Of a DNA stretch of 64,000 nucleotides, positions 1-9,823 are shown in pieces. The translations under genes were made by a program, and so were the position numbers. Under the pieces are notes generated by a model, which was not told the DNA's origin, did no database searches, and was given only the letters and a program-made list of their open reading frames with translations. The stretch is from an uncultured Verrucomicrobiae bacterium (lineage in GTDB: Bacteria > Verrucomicrobiota > Verrucomicrobiia > Chthoniobacterales > JAFAMB01). How positions within the stretch are numbered: position 1 is the first letter of the stretch; each line of letters starts with the position of its first letter. The stretch covers positions 320,001 to 384,000 of the forward strand of contig CAVXLD010000001.1 in assembly GCA_963762565.1 (NCBI GenBank), given 5' to 3'.

Positions 1-96
1 GTGAAATTGTGAGCCTCTCATATTGGCGCTCCTGAATCGCGGCTGAGAGCTCGCCCGGCCATCCGCATTTCCCGGCCATTAATCTACCTGGGCGCC

Positions 97-882
97 GTGC
101 TTATCGTGCTTTGGTCGGTTGGACCGTTTCTATGGCAATTTTCCAGTTCCCTGCAATTTGATCGAGATCTGATCGGTGATCCACCGAAACTGCTGCCCAT
201 CCCGATCTGCTTCGATCATTTCGTCAATATCTTCGTGGCGAAGAGCTTTCATCGTTACATTTTCAATTCGCTGGTAGTGGCGGGTGCTTCCACTCTGCTT
301 TGCCTGGTCATTGGCTCTGTTGCCGCCTACGCGCTGGCTCGGCTCGATATCCGGGGCCGGTTCGGCATCCTCGGTTTTGTGCTGGCAGTCTCGATGTTTC
401 CTCAGATTGCCGTTGTGGCCCCGCTTTACATGTTAGCCTCGAATCTCGGCTGGCTCGATACCTACCGGGTATTGATTGTCGTCTATCTCGCGCTGGGCCT
501 TCCGTTCGTGATCTGGGTCTTGTTCGGACACTTTCGCACGATCCCGATTACCCTGGATGAAGCAGCTCGGTTGGACGGCGCCAGACCGCTCACGATCTTC
601 TTTCGGATCATCGTGCCGATCACCTTACCGGGAATTGTGACCACCGGGTTGCTTTCTTTCATCGCGGCTTGGAACGAGTTCATGTTTGCTCTCGCGTTCA
701 CGTCGGATATCGACCGGCAGACCGTCCCGGTTGGCATCGCGAACTTTACCGATCTGCATTATGTGCCCTGGGGCGACATCGCAGCGGCGTCAGTCGTGGT
801 CACATTTCCCTTAGTGGCGCTGGTGTTGATTTTTCAAAGAAAGATCATCTCGGGAATTACGGGAGGCGCAGTCAAGGAATGA
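97..882 (+). CDS. Carbohydrate ABC transporter permease (MalG-like)
   Basis: Multiple TM segments; EAA loop LDEAARLDGA; C-terminal GITGGAVKE; true start may be slightly upstream. Confidence 0.93.
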   Translation: MLIVLWSVGPFLWQFSSSLQFDRDLIGDPPKLLPIPICFDHFVNIFVAKSFHRYIFNSLVVAGASTLLCLVIGSVAAYALARLDIRGRFGILGFVLAVSMFPQIAVVAPLYMLASNLGWLDTYRVLIVVYLALGLPFVIWVLFGHFRTIPITLDEAARLDGARPLTIFFRIIVPITLPGIVTTGLLSFIAAWNEFMFALAFTSDIDRQTVPVGIANFTDLHYVPWGDIAAASVVVTFPLVALVLIFQRKIISGITGGAVKE

Positions 883-2072
883 ACCTGGATTCCTGGGAAG
901 AAAAATATCTTTCCCTGGTCCCGCGACTGACCGGCCTGGCGCGAGGGATGCCTCTGACATTGTGCGGCCTGGCCACATGCACCGATGCTTATTTGCGCTT
1001 AGCTGATGCCGAACCGCTCTTTGCAGCTCGGAACGGCCCGGCCGCCCGTCTGGCCGAACTTCTCCAGCAACGCGCTGCAAGCGGCATCGGCGGCGAACTA
1101 CTTTTCGAATGGCCCGAAGCCGAGGAATGGATTGCCCAGAACTTAGCTATCTCTAGTTGGGGGTTAGGCGGAAGCGGAGCGCAAGCGGCGCAGATGTTGA
1201 CCGTGCTAGGCGCCCGCGCGCTCATCACTTTAGAAGATCGCAGCCGGCGACAGCTTTCCGTGATTCATCCCGATGTGCTGGTTGCCACCCAACAAGGTTT
1301 GGTCAAGCGCGGCGCAATAAACGATACGGGTCCCAGCAAACCCGCTCATTATATTTTCGAATTTAACGTAGGCGAACAGATCGGCACAGAACGCGCAAAA
1401 CGATCGACCCGAGTTATTGTTCGATTCGCGGATGATCGTCTCGATCGCGACCCGGCTTTTGTAGAGGCCAGCGTTGCCCATGCCAGCCAAGCAGGCGCTG
1501 CTGTAATCTGTGGATTCAATGAGGTGGCTCCAGCATCCCTTTCAGCAGAATTGGAGTACACCAAGACTCTTTTGTCTGCTTGGCGAGATCAAGGTTTGTT
1601 CAGAATCCACTTGGAACTCGGCGGTTACGAGGATTTCTCGCTCCGTGACCAAGTCCTGACTGCGTTAAGCCCGTTGATCTCTTCACTGGGTATGAGCCAC
1701 TCCGAGCTGCGGGAGATCGGGCCGGGCGACGTTGCAACTGAGGCCGGCCGTCTTCGGGCGACCTTAGGGCTCAACCGGATCTGTATCCATGCCGACACCT
1801 GGGCATTAGCGATCACTAACCACGATCCCGAACCTGAACTAGAATCGCTGATGTCCGGCTGTCTCCTCGCGGCCTGCCGAGCTGCTCAAGGCCAGGTATC
1901 AGTCCCCACTGGCGTTCCGGCGGACGCTGAGTTCCAGGATCCGCCCTATCCGCCGATTCATAAACAGAACGATAACACCCTGGTTTGCTGCCCTTCCCCC
2001 TACCTGGAACGACCAAAAGCAACCATCGGGCTCGGAGACACCTTCCTCGCCGGAACGCTATTGATGACATAG
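879..2072 (+). CDS. ADP-dependent glucokinase/phosphofructokinase family protein
   Basis: ATG at 879 overlaps permease stop (ATGA); motifs LGGSGAQAA, HYIFEF, IHLELG, SLGMSHSEL, RICIH and PKATIGLGDTF resemble the ADP-GK/PFK (ribokinase-fold) family. Confidence 0.8.
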   Translation: MNLDSWEEKYLSLVPRLTGLARGMPLTLCGLATCTDAYLRLADAEPLFAARNGPAARLAELLQQRAASGIGGELLFEWPEAEEWIAQNLAISSWGLGGSGAQAAQMLTVLGARALITLEDRSRRQLSVIHPDVLVATQQGLVKRGAINDTGPSKPAHYIFEFNVGEQIGTERAKRSTRVIVRFADDRLDRDPAFVEASVAHASQAGAAVICGFNEVAPASLSAELEYTKTLLSAWRDQGLFRIHLELGGYEDFSLRDQVLTALSPLISSLGMSHSELREIGPGDVATEAGRLRATLGLNRICIHADTWALAITNHDPEPELESLMSGCLLAACRAAQGQVSVPTGVPADAEFQDPPYPPIHKQNDNTLVCCPSPYLERPKATIGLGDTFLAGTLLMT

Positions 2073-2117
2073 AGCCCGAACTTTGAACCCCTTAGCCCGT
2101 GAATCCGAAGATGAAAG

Positions 2118-2271
2118 ATCCGCAGATTACGCAGATTACACAGATTTCGTCTTACGGCTGGCTCGGGCACAGGAACAACAGGCGCACTGGGCGGTCCACG
2201 ACGGCCCCTTTAGCTCAGCCGCACTGTTCAATCTCGAATCGTAATCTGCGTAATCTGTGTAATCTGCGGAT
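2118..2271. repeat. Inverted pair of 9-bp periodic repeats (GCAGATTAC-like x3)
   Basis: atccgcagattacgcagattacacagatt (2118-2146) and aatctgcgtaatctgtgtaatctgcggat (2243-2271) are near-perfect reverse complements. Confidence 0.85.
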
Positions 2272-2301
2272 TTCAAATTTCAGCTTTTTTGAGCTTAACC
2301 C

Positions 2302-3315
2302 ATGGAGAAAACAACCGTAATGAACAACAAAATCATCGATCCCGGCAAACTGCGCAGCTTTCAACGAGTGACCAGCGCAGACGGATATTTCCTGATCTGC
2401 GCACTCGATCATCTTTCCGATTTTCAGGAACTGTTAGACAGCGACGCCAACCGAGTCAGTTACCAGCAAACCGGCGAAGCAAAAAATCAACTCATTAGGG
2501 CTTTGGCCGATCAATGCACCGCTTTCCTCTTAGACGCTAGGTTTGGCTTGGCTCAAGCGATTGCTTCTCGCGCGCTTCCCGGAAGCATCGGCCTCATGGC
2601 CAGCGTTGAAGATGAGGATTACAAACCAACAACAGCGACCCGCAAGACCCGGTTTCGCGAGAATTGGGGAACGAAACAGATGAAAATGCTGGGCGTGGAT
2701 GTGTGCAAACTGTTGTGGTTCTTCCGACCGGATAGCAGTGTTGCCGATCATCAAAGAGAGGTGATCCGCGGTTTAGTTCAGGAATGTGCGTCGCTCTCAC
2801 TTCCACTCGTTGTTGAACCGATCTGGTATCCGTTAGAAGGAGAAGATCCGAAATCCGAGGCTTGGCGCGAGCGTCGCGTAGAAGGGATCATCGAGAGCGC
2901 CCGGGAAGCGAATGAGCTCGGAACCGATATGCTGAAGGTGGAATTTCCGGGCTACGTCGAGACTGAGGCCGGCAAATCGAAAGCCGCGGAGGCATGCCAA
3001 CGACTCGATTCCGCGGTGACCGTTCCCTGGGTCATTTTATCGGCCGGGGTCGGTTATGACAGCTTTAAGACTCAAGTCGAAATCTCGTGTAACGCCGGGG
3101 CGTCCGGGTTTCTCGCCGGTCGTTCAATCTGGCGGGATGCCGCTTCTACCAAGGATCCCGAGCTTCGAGAGCGAGCAGGCCTGGATGCAGCCAATCGTTT
3201 AGCCGAGCTGGCTAACATTACTCGAGCTTGCGGAAAACCATTTCGCCCTCAGCTTGAAGGCGAAGAGTTAACTCGTGCTTTCCCTGAATTCTGGTATGAG
3301 AAGTGGCAACGGTAA
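2302..3315 (+). CDS. Class I ketose-bisphosphate aldolase, LacD/YihT (tagatose-1,6-BP / sulfofructose-P aldolase) family
   Basis: ALDH, LLD, PLVVEP, Schiff-base DMLKVEFP, PWVILSAGV, GASGFLAGRSIW. Confidence 0.85.
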   Translation: MEKTTVMNNKIIDPGKLRSFQRVTSADGYFLICALDHLSDFQELLDSDANRVSYQQTGEAKNQLIRALADQCTAFLLDARFGLAQAIASRALPGSIGLMASVEDEDYKPTTATRKTRFRENWGTKQMKMLGVDVCKLLWFFRPDSSVADHQREVIRGLVQECASLSLPLVVEPIWYPLEGEDPKSEAWRERRVEGIIESAREANELGTDMLKVEFPGYVETEAGKSKAAEACQRLDSAVTVPWVILSAGVGYDSFKTQVEISCNAGASGFLAGRSIWRDAASTKDPELRERAGLDAANRLAELANITRACGKPFRPQLEGEELTRAFPEFWYEKWQR

Positions 3316-3468
3316 GGGCGGGGCTATTCCTCGACCAGCACGCCATTAAACAACCTCGAATCAAAGCCGGCCTGATCGGACCGCCAGAGAACCAGCCGTC
3401 TTCATGCGCTTAGGGGGATGAGGGGTTTAAGCGAACCTTCGCCTAAAATGAAAAACAAAGGGAGGGAC

Positions 3469-4011
3469 CTACGGCGATACGTTTACAATTCCCATTCGCC
3501 GTCGGAACTGGGCAAGTAAGGGACCAGCGAGCGGTCGCCATCCAACCCAGCTTGCGATGATGCCGCTCACAAACGTCCAAAATCCCCAGGACTCGAAACC
3601 AACATAAGGACTTTCTAGAATCCCTCCACTTGCGAGGCGCAGATCGCTCGGGTGACCTTTTCGGTAGGCTATCTCGATTGTCTGCCCCTCTTTAACGATG
3701 TCCCAATGACTGTGTCTGTCCAGCAACCAGACTTTAGGGGACTCCGCCTTCAGGTTTGCATTACCCATTGGTTGGCAAAGGAGATAATAATCTCTGTAGG
3801 TGCTTTTTCTGGTTCTTACCACTCTGCAGAGCTTTTTTACTACAAGCCCAGACTCCGTTGCGCTCTCTTGCTGAAAAGTGTATTCGCGCCAGATAAAGGA
3901 GCTACCGATCGTCAAAAGCACCGCACCAATAACGGGAAGAATGAAACTCTTTGGGCCAAGTTCTATCTTGCTCGTTACCGTTGGTTCGGTTTCTGCCATA
4001 ACGACATCCAT
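3469..4011 (-). CDS. Hypothetical 2-TM membrane protein (DUF3592-like layout)
   Basis: TM - soluble region with G(Q)TIEIAY..HP - TM architecture. Confidence 0.55.
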   Translation of the reverse strand: MDVVMAETEPTVTSKIELGPKSFILPVIGAVLLTIGSSFIWREYTFQQESATESGLVVKKLCRVVRTRKSTYRDYYLLCQPMGNANLKAESPKVWLLDRHSHWDIVKEGQTIEIAYRKGHPSDLRLASGGILESPYVGFESWGFWTFVSGIIASWVGWRPLAGPLLAQFRRRMGIVNVSP

Positions 4012-4107
4012 TTGACGCCCGGAAGCCGTTCATTTTGCAGAAATATCTAGGGAACCGCGAAACGATTTCCTAACTCTCAGTTCCGCCGCACACGGTCACA
4101 CGCTCCC

Positions 4108-5118
4108 TCACAGCCTCACTTCCTGCTTCTTCAATACCGACTCCAAACTCCCAAATACCACAGCGAGCGTTTTACGATTATCTTCGATACTCGGCTCCGG
4201 CTGCTGACGCTGTTCTATGCTATCGATGAAATGTTCGAGCAGCGGTAACCGGCGTTCTTGCACCGGCTCGATGGACATGAGCTCCTGAGTTTCCTGACCA
4301 GGAATCTCTAACCGGACCGAGGTCCGGAAAGAAGCCTTGTCCAGCACCCCATCCCAGAAAAGCCGGCCTTTGCTGCCGACAAACTGCCACTCCCCTTCCC
4401 AAGAGGTGGTAACCGCTCCGCGGGCGCACCAATCACCATCCCAGATCACCGGGATACCGCCCTGGAGACGCATTAAGCAAAAAGCATTCGAAGGATGCTT
4501 GAACGCGTTATCGGGAGTGTCGTGTTCCACCGCCACAACGCTGGTCACTTCGTGCTGAGTTATGAAACGCAGCAAATCAACGTGATGTACCGACATATCG
4601 AGCAGAATGGAATGCGGTAGCGCGTAAATGGAATGTTGCCGGTTTTCAATCACCTCGGGCAGATGCTTACGAAACCGAATTTTTACCGCTTGCAAATCGC
4701 CGATATCGCCTTGGGCAAGCCGTTCCCGAACTAATCCGGCTCCACCCATAAATCTGTAACCCTGAGCTGCCATCACTTTACCGGCGGCGTTTTCCGCCGC
4801 AGCCGCAATCTCCACGGCTTCCGCAATGGAGGTAACCATCGGTTTTTCTACCAGGACATGTTTCTGCAGCCGTAATGCCTCCAGTATGACTGGCTTATGT
4901 TGAGTGGGATTAGTGACCACCAACACCGCATCTGCTGAGGTTTTCGCCGTAGCGGTCGCCAGATCGGGAAAACAGGCAATACCGTATGTTTGCTGCGACC
5001 AGACAGCCGCAGCTTCGCTCTTGTCTACAGTCGCCACGACTGAAGCGCGTGGATGCGTCCGCAAAAGTTCGACCCATTCTCTTCCCCAAAATCCGATACC
5101 AACGACAATAAACTTCAT
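4108..5118 (-). CDS. Gfo/Idh/MocA family oxidoreductase
   Basis: MKFIVVGIGFWG Rossmann motif; HVLVEKP; LLDMSVHHVD. Confidence 0.92.
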   Translation of the reverse strand: MKFIVVGIGFWGREWVELLRTHPRASVVATVDKSEAAAVWSQQTYGIACFPDLATATAKTSADAVLVVTNPTQHKPVILEALRLQKHVLVEKPMVTSIAEAVEIAAAAENAAGKVMAAQGYRFMGGAGLVRERLAQGDIGDLQAVKIRFRKHLPEVIENRQHSIYALPHSILLDMSVHHVDLLRFITQHEVTSVVAVEHDTPDNAFKHPSNAFCLMRLQGGIPVIWDGDWCARGAVTTSWEGEWQFVGSKGRLFWDGVLDKASFRTSVRLEIPGQETQELMSIEPVQERRLPLLEHFIDSIEQRQQPEPSIEDNRKTLAVVFGSLESVLKKQEVRL

Positions 5119-5131
5119 ACCCGAATTTCTC

Positions 5132-5255
5132 ACAGAAGATCACAAAGGACGCAAAGATGGTTTTTAAACAGAAGAAAACCAAGGCAGCAAAGTTCAGCCT
5201 GGATGATCAGCGAAAAAACGATGCATCTATCTTCGTGACCTTTGTGACCTTCTGT
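5132..5255. repeat. Inverted pair of 9-bp periodic repeats between divergent genes
   Basis: acagaagatcacaaaggacgcaaagat (5132-5158) vs atcttcgtgacctttgtgaccttctgt (5229-5255). Confidence 0.65.
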
Positions 5256-5273
5256 TCAAAATTCCGTTGAGTC

Positions 5274-5987
5274 ATGTTTGATATTTCCGGAAAAACAGCC
5301 CTGATCACCGGCGGAACCAGCGGCATTGGCGCCGCGCTGGCCAACCGATTCTTTGAAGCTGGCTGCCGGGTTGTGGCAGCCGGGCTTCCTGAGGAAAAGC
5401 CAAGCCCAACCCTGAACCCGAAGGTTGCCGTTGCGCCGTTGAATGTCTCTGATCCCGAAAGTATCCAGCGGCTGGTAGCCGATTTTCAAGAGCTCGACAT
5501 CCTGGTGAATGCGGCCGGGATTATCCGCCGGAGCGCCGAATACGATCTGAACAACTTTCAGACCGTCATTGATGTCAATCTTATCGGCACCATGCGGGTA
5601 TGCACAGCTTGCCATCCGCTTTTGGCTAAACGCGGCGGCGCTATTGTTAACTTGGCTTCCATGTACAGTTTCTTCGGCGCAGGGTCAGCCCCAGGCTACG
5701 GCGCCAGCAAGGGCGGCGTAGTGCAGCTAACCAAAAGTCTCGCGGTCGGCTGGGCTGCAGACAACATTCGGGTGAACGCAGTCGCTCCCGGCTGGATCGC
5801 AACTCCTTTAACGCAAGTTTTGCGCGATGATTCTGCCCGCTACACCGCCGTGATCGATCGCACTCCGCTTAAGCGTTGGGGCCAACCCGATGATATTGCC
5901 GGCGCCGTGATTTTTCTGTGCTCACCTGCTGCAGCTTTTATAACCGGGGTCGTCTTACCGGTTGACGGCGGCTATTTGATCAATTGA
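5274..5987 (+). CDS. SDR family NAD(P)-dependent oxidoreductase
   Basis: TGGTSGIG, NAAG, YGASK, IRVNAVAPG, VDGG. Confidence 0.95.
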   Translation: MFDISGKTALITGGTSGIGAALANRFFEAGCRVVAAGLPEEKPSPTLNPKVAVAPLNVSDPESIQRLVADFQELDILVNAAGIIRRSAEYDLNNFQTVIDVNLIGTMRVCTACHPLLAKRGGAIVNLASMYSFFGAGSAPGYGASKGGVVQLTKSLAVGWAADNIRVNAVAPGWIATPLTQVLRDDSARYTAVIDRTPLKRWGQPDDIAGAVIFLCSPAAAFITGVVLPVDGGYLIN

Positions 5988-6005
5988 AAGTTGAAGGCAC
6001 CCCCA

Positions 6006-6545
6006 ATGAACACAAACCAGCTCGAACCCACGCAGCAGGATGAAGCCCGGATCCCCTATCAACTCCCGTTTCCGGTTGAGGCTCAGACCGAGATTGTCCA
6101 ATCGCCCGCACTCCCGACAGACGAACGACTTTGGGTGCCGCAGGCGACAAACGTCTGGCTAAGGCCGCTGTGTTTGAATGCATCCCAAGGTTACTGGGTC
6201 AATTTGCTGCGGGTGCGTAAGTCGGGAGTCTTAACCCGGCATCGCCATCCGGCGCCTGTACACGCTTATGTGTTACGCGGCAGCTGGCATTATCTCGAAC
6301 ACAATTGGATCGCGAAGGAAGGCGCTTACGTGTTCGAACCACCAGGGGAAACGCATACTCTGGTAGTACCGGACGATGTGCCGGAAATGATCACCCTGTT
6401 CCATGTCAGCGGCTGCATGATCTACGTCGATCCTTGGGGTAAACAGACCGGCTACGAAGATGTCTTTACCAAGATCGAGATGTGCCGGAAGCATTATACG
6501 GAGAACGGCCTAGGCGCGGATTTTGTGGATCAGTTTGTGAGGTAG
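6006..6545 (+). CDS. 2,4'-dihydroxyacetophenone dioxygenase-family cupin
   Basis: RHRHPAPVHAYVLRGSWHYLEH and FEPPGETHTL cupin motifs; ATG at 6006 preferred over TTG at 5991. Confidence 0.85.
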   Translation: MNTNQLEPTQQDEARIPYQLPFPVEAQTEIVQSPALPTDERLWVPQATNVWLRPLCLNASQGYWVNLLRVRKSGVLTRHRHPAPVHAYVLRGSWHYLEHNWIAKEGAYVFEPPGETHTLVVPDDVPEMITLFHVSGCMIYVDPWGKQTGYEDVFTKIEMCRKHYTENGLGADFVDQFVR

Positions 6546-6547
6546 GA

Positions 6548-6718
6548 GTGTCAGGACCACGATCGGGGAGGGCGCGCTGCCTGTCCGCCATAGCTTTAGC
6601 GACGGAGGATCCCCGCGCGCCGCGAGGACGTGTCAGGACCTAAAGATGCACTTTCGTCCTCGATTACGACTCGCGCTCGGCTTCGTTAATAAAGGATCGC
6701 GAGGACGCGATCCCTCCC
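6548..6718. repeat. REP-like palindromic pair with nested micro-insertion and 11-bp flanking direct repeat
   Basis: gtgtcaggacc at 6548-6558 and 6630-6640; ggagggcgcgct..ccccgcgcgcc interrupted at 6579-6610; inverted partner ggatcgcgaggacgcgatccctccc at 6694-6718. Confidence 0.65.
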
Positions 6719-6825
6719 GGGAGATGGGCGTGCACTCAATCCAAAGACGAAGCGCCTCAGGGAGCATCCTGAACCGGTAATTCCGACTTGGCGCATTAGT
6801 CGAGCACTCCGCGTGGCCGGCTTCG

Positions 6826-6879
6826 AGCACGAGCACGAAACGCCGAACGCCGAACGCCGAACGCCAAACGCCAAACGCC
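6826..6879. repeat. Tandem 7-bp repeat (AACGCCR) x5-6 preceded by GAGCAC x2
   Basis: aacgccgaacgccgaacgccgaacgccaaacgccaaacgcc read directly. Confidence 0.9.
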
Positions 6880-6888
6880 TGAGCAGCC

Positions 6889-8073
6889 CTACACCAGCTC
6901 TAACGCTAAAGCGATCCCTTGGCCGCCACCGATACAGAGCGTGACCACGCCACGGCTCAATCCATCTCGTTTCATGGAGTGAAGCAGCCGCACCGTCAGT
7001 ACCGTGCCTGTCGCTCCGAGCGGATGGCCGTGCGCAATCGCGCCTCCTTCAACGTTAATAATATCTTCGGGAATACCTAGCTCTCTCGCGACTGTCAGTG
7101 GGACCGCAGCAAATGCCTCGTTGATTTCAATTCGCTCGACGCTACCCAGCTTCCATCCGGCTCGTTCGAGTGCTTTCCGAACCGCCGGGATCGGACCTAA
7201 TCCGAAGAAACCAGGTTCGACCGCCGCGACGCCGTAACCGGCGAGCCGGGCAACAATCTTTAGCGACTTCGCTTCCGCAACCCGTTCATCTGCCACAATC
7301 ATCGCTGCCGCTCCCGCATTGAGGCCTGGAGCATTACCGGCCGTAATCAAGCCGTTGTCCCGGAAAGCCGGCCGAAGTTTCGCCAACACTTCTAACGTGG
7401 TTTCAGGTCTCGGCGCCTCATCCTGGTCAAAGAGAACGGCGCCTTTCTTTCCCTGGACCTCAACCGGGACGATCTCATCCCGGAACTTGCCAGCCTTTTG
7501 TGCCTGGCTAAAGTGCCGTTGCGAGCGCTCAGCAAAACGATCCAAATCTTCCCGGCTCAATTTCGCCCGGGAAACAAGGTCTTCGGTGTGCCAGCCCGAA
7601 TGTTTCCCTGAGAAGGCGTCATCAAGCCCGTCACGGAGCATACTGTCATAGATCTCAGCCGGCCCCATTCGATAACCCCAGCGTCCACCGTCCATTAGAT
7701 AGGGCGCGCGATCCATATTCTCCAGGCCGCCGGCAACAGCAATATCAACCTCTTCTGCGACGATCTGTTGAGCGGCGGTCACAACGGCTTGCGCGCCCGA
7801 GCCGCAAACCCGGTTCACTGTAATCGCCGGAACCGACACCGGAACACCGCCGCCGATAGCCGCCTGTCGCGCCGGGTTCATCTTGTTACCCGCTTGAATC
7901 ACGTTGCCCATGACGACGCTCTCTATCGCGCCGGCATCGAGCCCCGCCCGTCGCAAGGTTTCTCGTATCACCACTGCACCAAGCTCGGTGGCCGGCACTG
8001 TTTTGAATGATCCGTTGAACGCCCCGATCGCAGTTCGGACCGGGCTACAGAGAACGACTTCGCGCGTTGCCAT
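6889..8073 (-). CDS. Acetyl-CoA C-acetyltransferase (thiolase)
   Basis: NRVCGSG, EINEAFA, GAIAHGHPLGATG, CIGGGQG thiolase signatures. Confidence 0.96.
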   Translation of the reverse strand: MATREVVLCSPVRTAIGAFNGSFKTVPATELGAVVIRETLRRAGLDAGAIESVVMGNVIQAGNKMNPARQAAIGGGVPVSVPAITVNRVCGSGAQAVVTAAQQIVAEEVDIAVAGGLENMDRAPYLMDGGRWGYRMGPAEIYDSMLRDGLDDAFSGKHSGWHTEDLVSRAKLSREDLDRFAERSQRHFSQAQKAGKFRDEIVPVEVQGKKGAVLFDQDEAPRPETTLEVLAKLRPAFRDNGLITAGNAPGLNAGAAAMIVADERVAEAKSLKIVARLAGYGVAAVEPGFFGLGPIPAVRKALERAGWKLGSVERIEINEAFAAVPLTVARELGIPEDIINVEGGAIAHGHPLGATGTVLTVRLLHSMKRDGLSRGVVTLCIGGGQGIALALELV

Positions 8074-8278
8074 ACCTATCTTTAACGATGCGATCTGGAG
8101 TTGTCCATCGATCCTCGCGAGGATTCTTTGGTTCTAGTCCGCGTGCTCGAATGGTCAGCGCGGGAACGGCGAATTGTACTTGAGCTCGTATATACAGACG
8201 TCCTCTGTCTTGCGTCACGTCGTGCGTTCGGTAATTTATTGGCTGGCACGTTTCCAGGACGTTAAACGCGCTAAACAA

Positions 8279-8321
8279 ATCGAGGACGAGGACGACGACG
8301 AGAACGAGAACGATTACGAGT
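8279..8321. repeat. Periodic GA(C/G)GA(C/G) intergenic repeat
   Basis: atcgaggacgaggacgacgacgagaacgagaacgattacgag; same family at 14578-14607 (reverse) and 14716-14774. Confidence 0.85.
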
Positions 8322-8375
8322 AATCCTGCGATTCCTTGACTCCCGTTCAGGCGGCTTCGGAGCCGACGACTATCT

Positions 8376-8498
8376 TTAGCTGCGCGACAAAACCGGCAAC
8401 AAAACCCAGGCTAACGCCAGTGCTGCCAGCGCCAAGAGCAGATATCGCCTACGAACTTGCGCATCTGCCAGAAACGATGCGTTGGTAACTCGCTTCAT
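8376..8498 (-). CDS. Possible 40-aa single-TM protein
   Basis: MKRVTN..RRRYLLLALAALALAWVLLPVLSRS; basic stretch followed by a hydrophobic helix. Confidence 0.35.
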   Translation of the reverse strand: MKRVTNASFLADAQVRRRYLLLALAALALAWVLLPVLSRS

Positions 8499-8880
8499 AA
8501 ATGTAAATCGTCTAGGACGATGGTAGTTTTCTGTCTTTCTGTAGGTTCCCCGGATTAGCCCCCGACAATCCTGTTGGCTTCCAAACGGGCCTTCTACGAA
8601 AAGCAGAAGACACACGAACAACGAGTTCCCGACTCCATTCGGTCCGATCCTTTCCTGTCACTATCAGTTAATACCGGAAATCGACCGAAAAGTTTCAATA
8701 AAACTGGACTGTTAGAAACCATGGGAATGAAGTCATTGCTTTCGATTCCGCAACAAGCCATACGACGGACGAACGCGAGTGGAACCGGTCGTCGCCCAAG
8801 CGCTATCGTAGACCGGAGATGGGACTCCTATCCGTCTACGATTTAGCGGCAGGACAAATGGTTTGATAGTTTCGGAGTCG

Positions 8881-9823
8881 TTACTCCGCGCGGACGACCA
8901 GCTGGCAGGCGCCGATGTTCCCAAAGTTGATGAAGTTGGCGTTGATCAGCTTTCCGGTGGTGGCGTTGTATTCGCTAACCCCAGCGGCCTCCGCCACGAG
9001 GAGGTGGGTGCCCGAGACCGCGAGCCCGGTGGGCTCGTAGCTGGACCCGGTAACTAAGGTGGCGTTAATCGGGGCTCCCGTAGTAGCGTCGTATTCGCCA
9101 ACTGTCCCTCCCGTACCCGGGTTGGTTAAGCCAGTAACCCACGTAAAGGTGGTTGTTCGACACGGTGAGTGCTCCAGGAGTATAGGACCCAAGCACAATG
9201 AAGTCGGGGGTCGTCGCGCCCGTCGTAACGTTGTATTCACAGATCGCGGCCCCATTAAAGCCGTCGCTATATCCAAAGTAGAGGTTGTCGCCCGAGGCTG
9301 TGAGAGCGCCGGGGAGGTCGCCGCCGGGGTCGTTTCGCACGATGAGGTTGGCGTTTTTCAGGGCTCCCGTGGTGGCGTTGTATTCGGCAACCGTGGCGGC
9401 GTGCTCCCCGCCGGGGTCACTGTCGCACGCCACGAAGAGTTTGTTACCCACTACCGCGATTCCTGTGTCGTAGGAGAGCCCGGTGATGAAGTTCAGATTA
9501 ATCACAGCTCCCGCGGTGGTGTACTGGCTAACCGTGGGAGTACTGGACGTCCCATTCTGCAACGCGAAGATGGTATATCCGAGATTCTTGATCTTGCCCG
9601 AGAACGCCATCGCCACGGGGCTGGTCGGGACGATGAAGCCGGACTGGATCAAGGCTCCTGTCGTGGCGTCGTATTTGCCAATCGAATAACTGCGAAAGAC
9701 GGCATAGAGATTAGGATCCGCGTCCGCGTTTCTGGGCATAGCCCATAGCGCGGTGGTCCCCAGAAGGAGTGTGCAGAGGGCACTACGCAGCGCGCTCGAA
9801 TTTGATGTGATGATTTTTTTCAT
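8881..9823 (-). pseudogene. Secreted beta-propeller-like repeat protein (Y[DN]ATTGA repeats), frameshifted near 9100-9140
   Basis: Signal peptide MKKIIT..AMPRNADA; the repeat continues in a second frame (GTVGEYDATTGAPIN, SEYNATTGKLIN). Confidence 0.75.

Noticed and set aside
669..878. N-terminal 70-aa extension of the kinase ORF
   Set aside because: Overlaps the permease out of frame; ATG 879 gives canonical ATGA coupling
2099..2320. 73-aa ORF with PQITQITQI / NLRNLCNLR
   Set aside because: Translation of the 9-bp inverted repeat element, not a credible protein
6826..6879. Short tandem arrays considered as CRISPR
   Set aside because: No unique spacers, units only 6-9 bp, and no cas genes in the window
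9059..9748. 229-aa plus-strand ORF
   Set aside because: Antisense shadow of the secreted repeat gene
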